64,000 nt of DNA, from positions 248,126-312,125 of the forward strand of contig CP096135.1 in assembly GCA_023213195.1 (NCBI GenBank). The letters run 5' to 3'. Shown in pieces: positions 45,087 to 54,941 of the stretch. Every line of letters starts with the position of its first letter. The first letter of the stretch is position 1. A program made the position numbers and the translations under genes. Under the pieces are notes generated by a model. That model saw nothing but the letters and a program-made list of their open reading frames with translations, searched no databases and was not told the DNA's origin. The stretch comes from Sphingobacteriales bacterium JAD_PAG50586_3. GTDB taxonomy: Bacteria > Bacteroidota > Bacteroidia > CAMBQF01.

Positions 45087-46078
45087 CGCTTAATAAGGTA
45101 CCGCACACGGTCGTCAATTATATTGGCCGACGAGGCGCTTTTGGGCCTTTGCGCAATGGTAAGCTTTATATGGTCGGCAGTTTGGGTAAGCACATTGCGA
45201 CAATCGGCCTGCACTTTAAAATCGGCGGCAGTAATGGCTGCGTAGTAGCTAAGTGGCACGCGGTATTTTACAATGGCCTTATCAGGAATCAACACCACTT
45301 TTATCCCCACGGGTACGTTTACCTGCTGAATAGGTACTTCCAGCGTACCCTCTGTAAATTCCTGCACATCAACCTTAACACCTACAGTATTGGGGCTCAT
45401 TTGCACCTCAGAGCCAAAGCCGTTGCGGGCAATTTTAGCGCGGTCTTCAAAAGGGCTTTCAATTTCTTCTTTGGCTAATACTTCCGTTTCAACATAGTCT
45501 ATACGCTCTATCTGCGCCTTAGGCCCGTTTATGGTAATGCTATCGGGGGTAACAATAATATCGCCCGCCTGCATGTATTGCTTTTTGTATATAAAGTCTG
45601 ATTTAAGCACCACAGGCACCTTTTTACCTACCCGTTCGCTAGCGCTAACAAATAAGGTATCGGGCTCAACTTTAAGCACGGTAGCCTCGTTACTCAACTG
45701 GCGTGCAATAACCTCGGGCTTGTAGTTTAGTAGTATGTACGACTCGTTACGGCGGTAGTTGCGGAATATGCGGTAGTTGTTAAAATCTACATTGATGGTA
45801 TGCGCCTGGTTGCGAAAGCGGTACCCCACAATGTTATAGCCATAATCTTCCAGCTCAATAGAAACCTGGCGTGGCAGGTTGGCCTCTTTAACCCCAAAGC
45901 TGTTGGCATTTTGGTAGGTAACCTCAAAATCTACCAGTACCTTATAGGGGCGCGTAAGGGCTGTTAAAACCCATAAAAAGCCTGCTACCACTACGCATAG
46001 GGCAAACGCCAAAAGCCTGCCACCGGGCCTAAAAAGCCGGTTCAGGGTTCTGGTAGTAAATATTTCGCCTATTTCCAC
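45083..46078 (-). CDS. YbbR/CdaR-like domain protein
   Basis: N-terminal TM ending FLW, KKVPV, PDSITING, EFTEGT; position between yajC and coaE. Confidence 0.8.
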   Translation of the reverse strand: MEIGEIFTTRTLNRLFRPGGRLLAFALCVVVAGFLWVLTALTRPYKVLVDFEVTYQNANSFGVKEANLPRQVSIELEDYGYNIVGYRFRNQAHTINVDFNNYRIFRNYRRNESYILLNYKPEVIARQLSNEATVLKVEPDTLFVSASERVGKKVPVVLKSDFIYKKQYMQAGDIIVTPDSITINGPKAQIERIDYVETEVLAKEEIESPFEDRAKIARNGFGSEVQMSPNTVGVKVDVQEFTEGTLEVPIQQVNVPVGIKVVLIPDKAIVKYRVPLSYYAAITAADFKVQADCRNVLTQTADHIKLTIAQRPKSASSANIIDDRVRYLIKR

Positions 46079-46115
46079 AGGGGTGCCTTTTCAGGCAAAT
46101 GTAACAAAAGCTGGC

Positions 46116-46448
46116 TTAGTTGCCCTTGTTTAAAGCCAAGGTTGCTTCGGGCGATATGGCAGTAACATCAATTTTAAGCTTGCCACCACCTTCTGTTTCA
46201 ATAATTGCGGTAACGTCATTCACCTCAACAATTTTACCGTGAACGCCGCCAATGGTAATTATTTTGTCGCCTTTTTTAACGCCTTCGCGGAAGGTTTTAG
46301 CCTCTTTGGCTTTTTTGGTTTGCGGGCGAATCATAAAGAAATAAAATACGCCAACCATCATTACAATCATTAAAACGAAAGACATGGGGTTGCCGCCTTG
46401 GCCATCGGCCTGCTGGGCCATTAAGAAAATTGATAAAAGGGTAGTCAT
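46116..46448 (-). CDS. yajC: Preprotein translocase subunit YajC
   Basis: FYFFMIRPQTKK, KKGDKIITIGGVHGKI. Confidence 0.95.
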   Translation of the reverse strand: MTTLLSIFLMAQQADGQGGNPMSFVLMIVMMVGVFYFFMIRPQTKKAKEAKTFREGVKKGDKIITIGGVHGKIVEVNDVTAIIETEGGGKLKIDVTAISPEATLALNKGN

Positions 46449-46473
46449 CTGTAAGATATGTATAATCTGTTAT

Positions 46474-46932
46474 TTACTTTTTAACAAAGCCGGTAAGCTT
46501 AAGCACCACTTTATTGGGCTGCGTATTGGCTATAACGGTAATGGTTTTAATAACCTTAGCATCGCCACCGGCTTTGTTCTTGCTATCAAAATCGGCTTTA
46601 ATTTCGCCACTTTCGCCCGGGGCAATAGGGTCTTCAGGATATTCAGGAATAGTGCAACCGCACGAAGCTTTGGCCTCGGCAATTATCAGGTTGGTTTTAC
46701 CTGTGTTTTTAAATTTAAAGCTGTACTTAACATGCTCACCTTCTTTAATAGTGCCGTAGTTATAGTCCATAACTTCAAACTCCATTTTAGGAAGCTTTTC
46801 AGGGTCGTAATTGTCAGATGCGCTGGCGGGGTTGCTCACATCGCCGGGGGTTATGCCGCCTTTACCATCGCCACAGGCGCTAATAAGCACCGTTGAAGCA
46901 ACAAAAAGGGTTAAAAATATCTTTTTCATCAT
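46474..46932 (-). CDS. DUF1573 domain lipoprotein
   Basis: ISAC lipobox, FKFKNTG, ASCGCT, PIAPGESG. Confidence 0.9.
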   Translation of the reverse strand: MMKKIFLTLFVASTVLISACGDGKGGITPGDVSNPASASDNYDPEKLPKMEFEVMDYNYGTIKEGEHVKYSFKFKNTGKTNLIIAEAKASCGCTIPEYPEDPIAPGESGEIKADFDSKNKAGGDAKVIKTITVIANTQPNKVVLKLTGFVKK

Positions 46933-46965
46933 ACTGAAAATTAAAACGCAAAGGTAGTTAAAAAT

Positions 46966-47050
46966 CCCTCACCGCCTACCCCCTTACCCCGTAAGGAGAG
47001 GGGAAAATAGTTGGCCAACCTGGTTCCCCTGAATAAAACCCGGGGCTACT
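46966..47050 (+). repeat. REP-like family A copy plus partial family E hairpin
   Basis: ccctcaccgcctacccccttaccccgtaaggagagggg; cccctg...cccggggcta. Confidence 0.6.
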
Positions 47051-47054
47051 CTTT

Positions 47055-47820
47055 TTAAAAATCTACTTCTACTACAATGGGGCAATGATCTGAATGACGT
47101 GCATCGGGCAATATTATTGCACGGCTAAGGCTACTATCTAACGGTTTGCTTGCCAAATGGTAATCTATACGCCAGCCCAGGTTTTTGGTACGGGCATTAA
47201 AACGGTAGCTCCACCAGGTGTAGTTGTGCGGGTCTTCGTTAAAACGGCGGAAGGTATCGGTAAACCCGGTATTCATAAACCCGTCGATCCACTCGCGCTC
47301 TTCGGGTAAAAAGCCGCTGCTTTTGGCGTTGCTTTTAGGGTTATGAATGTCTATTGGCCTGTGGCAAATGTTATAATCGCCGGATATGATAAGGTTGGGG
47401 CGGCTTTGTTTTAAGGTATCAATATAAGGTTGAAAATCGGCAAGGAACTGCATTTTAAACGCCTGCCTTTCATCGCCACTGCTGCCCGATGGCATGTACA
47501 CACTCATTACCGATACATCGCCAAAATCGGCACGGAGTATGCGGCCCTCGTTATCGTAAGCCTCTATACCGCAACCATATTCTACCAACGTGGGTGTATG
47601 GCGGGTAAGTATGGCAGTGCCGCTATAGCCTTTTTTTGCGCGGGGTACCAGTAGCAGGCATAGCCAAGCGATTCAAAAACCGATTGGTCAATCTGGTCGG
47701 GTTCGGCTTTTACCTCTTGCAGGCACACAATATCAGCATCGGTAGCCTTAAGCCAATCGGCAAAACCTTTAGATAGCGCAGCGCGTATGCCGTTTACGTT
47801 GTACGATATAATTTTTTCAT
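47055..47820 (-). CDS. xth: Exodeoxyribonuclease III; homopolymer breaks near 47812 and 47633
   Basis: ISYNVNGIRA, CLQEVKA, GYSGTA, EGR, GDYN, WWSYR, GWRIDY, SDHCP. Confidence 0.93.
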
Positions 47821-47917
47821 AAATTAACGTTTATTCTTGTTAATACCTTTTCAAACAAGTTGCTGTGCGAATTATTTGAAGCGGTTAACTTGCAGCTACT
47901 ATGCGTTGGCGGTTTAT

Positions 47918-50900
47918 ATGCGTTTTTTTGTTTTCTATTTGATGCTTTTGCTAGGTACAGCAAAGGCACAAACGGGCAATAACCTGCGTACGCTTTTTGT
48001 AAGCAGCACCAAAGATACGGTGCAATTAGACAGTTTAAGTATTATCCCCGGCACGTTTTTACTGCAAAGCCCGGCGGGAGATACTGTGCCTGAAAACCTG
48101 TACTATTTCGACTTTATAAATGCGCAGCTTATATGGAACCGCAAAGCACTGAACCAGTTAGGCGTAATCCGCGATACGGTTTATAAGGCGGAGTTCAGGG
48201 TGTTCCCCACCCGGTTAAACAAGGCGCTGGCGCATAAAACCACCCAAAGTGTAAACTAAGGTAAATAAGGGCTACACCAACCCATTCCAAATACGTGGCG
48301 ACCAAACCCGTGAGGACATTTTTAAGTTTGACGGGTTGCAGAAAAGTGGTGCCATATCGCGCGGCATAAGCTTTGGCAACAATCAGGATGTGGTGGTAAA
48401 CTCCAACCTCAACCTACAGCTATCGGGCAAAATTGGAGACAATATAGAACTTACCGCCGCTATTACCGATGATAACATACCCATTCAGCCCGATGGAAAT
48501 ACACAGCAGCTACAAGACTTTGACAGGGTATATATTCAGCTTGCCAATGAAAATACCAAGCTGATAGCGGGCGATTTCCAGATAAACCGCCCCGAGAGTT
48601 ACTTTATGAATTTTAACAAGCGACTAAAGGGCGGTAGCTTTTCTACCAAGTTTGACGCGCTAAAAAATACCGAAGGCAAGGTTATAGCTACCAACAAAAT
48701 ATCAGCATCTATTGCCATTGCCCGTGGCCGCTTTGCCCGTAACCAAATACAGGGTGTTGAAGGCAACCAGGGGCCGTACCGTTTAAGGGGCAATAATAAC
48801 GAGGTGTTTATCATCATCCTTTCGGGCTCTGAGAAAGTATATATTGACGGAAGGCTATTGAAACGCGGGCAGGAAAACGATTATGTTATTGATTACAATA
48901 CGGCTGAGATAACCTTTACATCGAAGATTTTGGTAACCAAAGACCTTAGGCTTTTTGTGGAGTTTGAGTATGCCGACAATAACTTCTCGCGCACTTTATA
49001 CCATTTTAGCGATGCCTTTGAAACAGAGAAACTAAAGCTGGTATTTAACGCTTATTCTGAGCAAGACCTTAAAAACCAACCGCTACAACAAAGCCTTGAA
49101 GCGCCCGAACTTGCGCTGCTTGATACCATTGGCGACAACCTGACACTGGCCGTTATTCCTAATGTTGATACGGTTGTGTACACCAACAACCAAATACTAT
49201 ACACGGCAGTAGATACGCTGGTAAACGGTGTGCCTACCATCAAATACAAATATTCTTCCGACAGCCTTATTGCCAAATTCCGTGTAGGGTTTAGCAATGT
49301 GGGGCTTTTTAACGGTAACTATGTGCAGGTAAACACCCTTGCTAATGGCAAGGTTTACCAATGGATAGACCCTGTTAACGGTGTACGCCAAGGCAGCTTT
49401 GAGCCTGTGGTGCAGCTTGTGCCGCCGCGGAAAAGGCAAATGTTTACCTTGGGCGGCGAGTATAAACTGGGGCAAACACTAAAGGCGGGCTTTGAGGCTG
49501 CTTATTCTGTTAACGATATTAATACGCTGTCTGACAAAGACAGTCAGGATGATGGCGATGTGGCCTTTAGGGTGTATATGCAAAAGCTAACCAAGCTAAA
49601 CCCTAAAGACACGGTAGACCCGTGGACACTGAACACCACCGTTAACTACGAGCAGGTAAACAAAAACTTCACAGCACTGGAGCGATTCCGTAATGTGGAA
49701 TTTGACCGCGACTGGAACCTACGTACCCTTACACAGCCCGCCACGCAGCACTTACCCAGCATAGCGTTGGGGGTGGGCAACAAACGCAACGGCAGTGTTA
49801 ACTACCGTTTTACATCGTTTTTGGGCGGGGCAGAATACACCGCTTTTCAAAACGCATACAATACCGATTTGCATTTGAAAGATTACCATTTGGCCTTTAA
49901 TGGTAGCCAAACACAATCGAAAGGGTTGGCGCAAAACACCTTTTTATCCGCCACCGGACGCACTTGTATAAGGTGATTAAAAAGGCGGTGATACTGGGTT
50001 ATAAGGATGAGTTTGAGCGCAACCTGTTTAACGATGCCGTTGCTGATACGTTGCTTAACCAATCGTACCAGTTTTACGACTTTCAGTTTTACATATCGAA
50101 TGCTGATACATCGAAGATTAAAATGGGGACTTTTTACCGCCGCCGTACAGATAATTTTGCCCGTAATAACAGCCTTGTAAAAACCGCGGTGGCCGACTGG
50201 GCAGGCATAAACTTTGAGTTGCTGGCGTTGAAAAACAGCAGCCTTAAACTGATTACCACCTTCCGCTCATTGAAGATTACCGACACGCTGCTTACCGCGC
50301 AACAGCCCGATAACTCGCTGGTAAACCGCTTGGAATACTCGCTGAAAATATTGAAAGGCGCTATTACTACCACTACGTTTTACGAGGTAGGTTCGGGCCT
50401 TGAGGCAAAGAAACAATTCTCGTACGTGCAGGTGCCGCCGGGGCAGGGGTGTATGCATGGGTAGATTATAACAGCAACGGGGTGAAGGAACTGAATGAGT
50501 TTGAGATATCGCCCTTTCCCGACCAGGCAAGCTATATACGGGTATTTACCCCCACGCAGGATTTTGTAAAAACCTATAGCAACCAGTTTAACCAGGTGCT
50601 GAATATTAACGCCGAGAAGTTTTTTAAAGACAAGAAAAAGGGCATTAAAAAATTTATTTCGCGCTTCTCTAACCAAACTACCTACCGCATAGAGCGCAAA
50701 ACTACCAAAGACGATATACTGGAAGCCATAAACCCGTTTTTGCAGGTGGTAGACAACCCCGAGCTTTTAACGCTTAACTCATCGGCACGGAACACGTTTT
50801 ACTTTAACCGTAACGACCCTGTGTATGGAATAGACCTTAACTGGCAAGATGTGCGTAGCAAAACCCTTATGGTAAATGGCTTCGATAGCCGTACTAATAC

Positions 50901-51420
50901 GTTTACCTCTGTACGCTCACGCTACAACATCACCCCAAAAATAACAGTCAATTTAGATGTCAAAAGAGGTACACGCGCATCGGGTTCTGAGTTTTTAACT
51001 ACCCGTAATTATAACATTGGCTACTACGAGCTGGAGCCCCGTTTTATTTACCAACCGGGCGCTACCTTCCGCCTGGCGCTTAGCTACAATTTTGCCAACA
51101 AGCAAAACAAACTCGACCTTGGTGGGCAACGTTCTATCAACCAAAATGCGGGTATTGAAATTAAATACAACCAGTTGAACAAAGGCAGCTTGCAGTTGAA
51201 GTTTAACTACATCAACATAAACTTTAGCGACTCGCCCAACACCCCACTGGCTTATGAAATGTTAGAGGGTTTGCGCCCCGGCCAAAACATGACATGGAAC
51301 TTAACCTACCAACGCAACCTAGGCAGCAACCTGCAACTTAACCTTACCTACGATGGTCGCCGCGCACAGGGTGTTAAAACGGTGCATACGGGTGGTATGC
51401 AGTTGAGGGCGTTGTTTTAG
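47918..51420 (+). CDS. Large (~1160 aa) outer-membrane beta-barrel-type protein; breaks near 48258, 49942, 50448
   Basis: Signal peptide, GAISRGISFGNNQD, GSEKVYIDG..DYVIDY (resembles SprA/Sov motif), amphipathic strands, terminal Phe (LRALF). Confidence 0.8.
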
Positions 51421-51456
51421 GCAAATTTGATAATAAGCGAATGAGATAATTAGATA

Positions 51457-52002
51457 ATGAGAATTTTAGTAGGCATAGTACTTGTTTTGTTTGCCATTGG
51501 ATGGTTTGGGTATTGGTTTTGGGTTGGGATTTGCACAGAAATGGAAGCACCACAAAAGATTGAAAAAACAGAATTAACTTCAGATCGGCCAGTACTTCCT
51601 GTAGATTTTATTAACCACGTTAAAGCTTCCAATCATAGGTTACCGACTAAACAAGAATTCTACGCTTGGGAACACCCTCGCTATAATGATTATCCAAGAG
51701 GAAGTGATTCATTAATTTGGGGTAGCGAAGTGCAATATATAAGAGACACTTCTGATGCACATAATAAAATTGTATTTAGGAATGTAGAATGGTCTGATAA
51801 TTTTTTCGGACTGATAGTAAACATGGGAGATTACCGTTACTATTACCGCTCTGACACAGATAGCTATTATGAAGATAACGAGCCAATGATATCTATTTCA
51901 AAAGACTTTTACCTCTATGTAATTTTAGGATTTCTTCCTGTGATAGTTTTGGGTATTTATTATTTAAGAAATAATAGAAACAGGAAACAATTTGGGAAGT
52001 AA
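51457..52002 (+). CDS. Orphan membrane protein (N- and C-terminal TM helices)
   Basis: 181-aa ORF, visibly more AT-rich with AGA/GGA codons, unlike neighbours. Confidence 0.7.
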   Translation: MRILVGIVLVLFAIGWFGYWFWVGICTEMEAPQKIEKTELTSDRPVLPVDFINHVKASNHRLPTKQEFYAWEHPRYNDYPRGSDSLIWGSEVQYIRDTSDAHNKIVFRNVEWSDNFFGLIVNMGDYRYYYRSDTDSYYEDNEPMISISKDFYLYVILGFLPVIVLGIYYLRNNRNRKQFGK

Positions 52003-52017
52003 CTATCACCGTACGGT

Positions 52018-52202
52018 GAGATTCCCGCCTGCGCGGGAATGACGATGACCTTTTGTGATTAAACAACCTTATAGGCTCATGCCTGCGCGGGAATGAAGAT
52101 GAAGCTTTGCGTTCTTTGCGAAAACTTTGTGTGCTCTGCGGTTTTCTTTGTGACCTTTGTGGTTAAATAACTTTAGGAGATTCCTGCTTTCGCAGGAATG
52201 AC
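52018..52202. repeat. REP-like family C hairpins (GAGATTCCCGC..GCGGGAATGAC) x3 interleaved with CTTTGYG tandem repeats (family D)
   Basis: 52018-52043, 52081-52096 (partial), 52177-52202; ctttgcg/ctttgtg units 52105-52166 ending ggttaa. Confidence 0.8.
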
Positions 52203-52265
52203 GATCACTGTTAGGTGTTTCTCGCACCATTATCTCATTCGCTTATTATCAAATATCTTATTGTA

Positions 52266-52976
52266 TTAACTCCCCAAACGCTTAACCACCGCCCTTTTTG
52301 CAATAGGTAAATAGGTTTCCATTAAGGGGATTTCTATTTGTGGGTTTACCATGTATACGGCTGGGTTGGGCAGCTTGGTGCGGGTTTTAATCAAATCCAA
52401 CTTTATATTTTCGGGGGTGTTGGTAAAGCTTTGTTTGTAGCTGTCAATATACTGTGTATGTATAGCACGATAACGCTGCTCGGCTTCTTCAAAAATGGTA
52501 ATGGTGTACTCGTACACAAAGGTTTCTTTGCTCTTTGGGCGAAGTAGGAACATGTACCCTTCAAAAGCATAGAGCGGCAACACGCCTACAGGCTCTACCT
52601 GCAACAGGTTTTCTATGTAATCAAATATCTCTTTTCCTGTGCGTACATACTTTTCAAGTTGGGGTATAGAGTAGTTTATAATCTCTTCCAACTCGTTCAT
52701 CAACCCATCGTTCTGCACCATTTTATCAAAGTCGACGCGTAGGTTTTCCCAGTCTACCTGCTTTATATAATCGGGGAACGATGAATATAGGTTTTGTGTG
52801 TTTTGCTTTAAGGCAACCAATTGGCGGTGGTGCTCTATAACCTCGGCCAGGTGGGGATACAGCTTTTTCTCATTAAAATTTTGACCTACCTCGCTTAAAT
52901 ACGCAAGCAATACGTACCGCTTGTATTCAGCATCAATTACGTCTTCGGTAATCCAGTTTTTGCTTAAATTTTTCAT
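52266..52976 (-). CDS. Conserved hypothetical protein
   Basis: 236 aa, IDAEYKRYVLLAYL...KLYP...ETYLPIAKR. Confidence 0.75.
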   Translation of the reverse strand: MKNLSKNWITEDVIDAEYKRYVLLAYLSEVGQNFNEKKLYPHLAEVIEHHRQLVALKQNTQNLYSSFPDYIKQVDWENLRVDFDKMVQNDGLMNELEEIINYSIPQLEKYVRTGKEIFDYIENLLQVEPVGVLPLYAFEGYMFLLRPKSKETFVYEYTITIFEEAEQRYRAIHTQYIDSYKQSFTNTPENIKLDLIKTRTKLPNPAVYMVNPQIEIPLMETYLPIAKRAVVKRLGS

Positions 52977-53148
52977 ACAAAAGTGTTAACGCTTAATAGT
53001 ATACGTAAGCTAATAAACAAAGGTTTTAGTGGCAATAATTGCTGGCTTGCCTTATCAACACCCTGCTGTTACTTTCTGGCAGTATGTATGGTAAATAGCG
53101 CCGTTTGCATGACGTACTTTTACTATGTAAAATAGACTTACTATAGTT

Positions 53149-54147
53149 ATGAAAAAGGTAATTTGGATGGCAATAGCCCTTGCGGCATTTACGGGTTGTG
53201 TACCGGGACGTATACACGATGATTTGAAGAAAAAATATGACGACTGCACCACAGAAAACACAAAGCTAAAGGCAGATAACTCTTTGCTTACTACAGATAA
53301 AGGCGAGTGCGAAGAGGACGTAAAAAAAGCCCAAAAGGTAACTAAAGAACTTGCCCGCGATACCACCATTATGGGGAACTCGCTACGTAAAATAACCTAC
53401 AACTACGACCAGCTTAACAAAACCTACGACTTGCTGTTGGCTAAAAACAAAGAGCTTTTAGATGATAACGAGCGTGATACCAAAACCTTGACCGGCCAGC
53501 TATTCACATCGCAAAAAGATTTGCAGGACAAAGAAGACAAGCTGAAAAAACTGGAAAAAGAACTGGATGATAAAAAAGTAAACCTTGATAAAATGCAGGG
53601 CGATTTGGCTGGTAAACAAAAGAAACTAGACGAACTGCAAGGTATATTAGATAAGAAAGACTCAACAGTAACCGCGCTTAAAAAGACCGTTACCGATGCC
53701 TTAACGGGCTTTAACAACAACGGCCTAACGGTTGAAATGCGCAATGGCAAGGTGTATGTGTCGATGGATGAGAGCTTGTTGTTTGCATCGGGCAGTACAA
53801 AAATTGATGCTAAAGGCGCTGATGCTATTAAAAAACTGGCTAAAGTGCTTGAAGAGAACACCGACATTAACGTGATGGTAGAAGGCCATACTGATGATGT
53901 GCCTATGCGCGGAACGGGTGATATTAAAGACAACTGGGATTTGAGCGTTATGCGTGCATCTACCGTTACCAAGTTATTGGTATCATCGGCTACTATAGAC
54001 CCATTGCGTATTACAGCATCGGGCCACGGCGAGTTTATGCCACTGGCTACAGGCAAAACCCCTGAAGCACGCAAGAAAAACCGCCGCACTGAAATTATCT
54101 TAACACCTAAGTTAGACGAGCTGTTTAGGGTGATTGAGAATAACTAA
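53149..54147 (+). CDS. OmpA/MotB-family peptidoglycan-binding lipoprotein with long coiled coil
   Basis: FTGC lipobox, heptad-rich region, LLFASGS, VEGHTDD, NWDLSVMRA, NRRTEI. Confidence 0.9.
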   Translation: MKKVIWMAIALAAFTGCVPGRIHDDLKKKYDDCTTENTKLKADNSLLTTDKGECEEDVKKAQKVTKELARDTTIMGNSLRKITYNYDQLNKTYDLLLAKNKELLDDNERDTKTLTGQLFTSQKDLQDKEDKLKKLEKELDDKKVNLDKMQGDLAGKQKKLDELQGILDKKDSTVTALKKTVTDALTGFNNNGLTVEMRNGKVYVSMDESLLFASGSTKIDAKGADAIKKLAKVLEENTDINVMVEGHTDDVPMRGTGDIKDNWDLSVMRASTVTKLLVSSATIDPLRITASGHGEFMPLATGKTPEARKKNRRTEIILTPKLDELFRVIENN

Positions 54148-54196
54148 TTCAAAATGCAGAATGCAAAATTCAGAATGGATTATACAGTAAATACAA

Positions 54197-54928
54197 ATGG
54201 ATAATTCTACTGAATTTGTTGAGTGGTTGAAGGCACGGTTGGCGCAGCCGCTACCGGCATGGGAGGCGCATAAAATTATGGCGCCACCATCGCGCCTGCC
54301 AACCCCTAATTACGAGGAGAAAAAGAAGCAGGCCAGGTTAGGCAGTGTATTGGCGCTAATATATCCTATTGACGGTGTTTTACACACGGTGCTGATGCAA
54401 AGGCCGGAATATGATGGTACGCATTCGGGGCAGGTATCTTTCCCCGGTGGCAAGGTAGAGGAGTTTGATGAAGACCGCATAGCTACCGCCCTGCGCGAAG
54501 CCCGCGAGGAAGTGCGCATACTGCCCGAAGATGTTACGGTGCTGGGGCAGTTGAGCGAGTTGTACATTCCGCCCAGTAATTTTTTGGTTTTTCCTGTTGT
54601 GGGATATTCTGAAAAAAGGCCTGATTTTATTCCTGATGCGCGGGAGGTGGTTGATATAATTGAACTGCCACTGGGTGAGATTTTAAAGCCCGAAAACATA
54701 AGTACTACCAGCATTGTAGCCAATAAAATATTCAGGTTCCAATCGCCTACGTTTATATTTAACGAGCGTATTGTGTGGGGCGCTACGGCTATGATGTTGG
54801 CGGAGTTGAAGTATTTGTTGGAAGAAGTAGCCTCACCCCTAACCCCCTCTCCAATAGAGAGGGGGAATAAAATCCCTTATCTGTTTAAAATCCTCCGTTT
54901 GGCGTGGAACGCCAAACACCCCCTTTAA
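54197..54928 (+). CDS. CoA pyrophosphatase-type Nudix hydrolase; C-terminal ~32 aa read through REP repeats
   Basis: HSGQVSFPGG...ALREAREE Nudix box, IVWGATA. Confidence 0.9.
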   Translation: MDNSTEFVEWLKARLAQPLPAWEAHKIMAPPSRLPTPNYEEKKKQARLGSVLALIYPIDGVLHTVLMQRPEYDGTHSGQVSFPGGKVEEFDEDRIATALREAREEVRILPEDVTVLGQLSELYIPPSNFLVFPVVGYSEKRPDFIPDAREVVDIIELPLGEILKPENISTTSIVANKIFRFQSPTFIFNERIVWGATAMMLAELKYLLEEVASPLTPSPIERGNKIPYLFKILRLAWNAKHPL

Positions 54929-54937
54929 AAGGGGGAA
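54831..54937 (+). repeat. REP-like family A copy (54831-54866) and family B copy (54891-54937)
   Basis: cctcacccctaaccccctctccaatagagaggggg; tttggcg..cgccaaa-caccccctttaaaaggggg. Confidence 0.75.
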
Positions 54938-54941
54938 CTTG

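Larger units (their letters stand above)
51425..52254. mobile_element. Cassette bounded by perfect 26-bp inverted repeats, no transposase
   Basis: atttgataataagcgaatgagataat (51425-51450) and attatctcattcgcttattatcaaat (52229-52254). Confidence 0.55.

Noticed and set aside
52018-52202. Mini CRISPR array
   Set aside because: Units are degenerate, spacing is irregular, spacers contain another repeat family, and there are no cas genes
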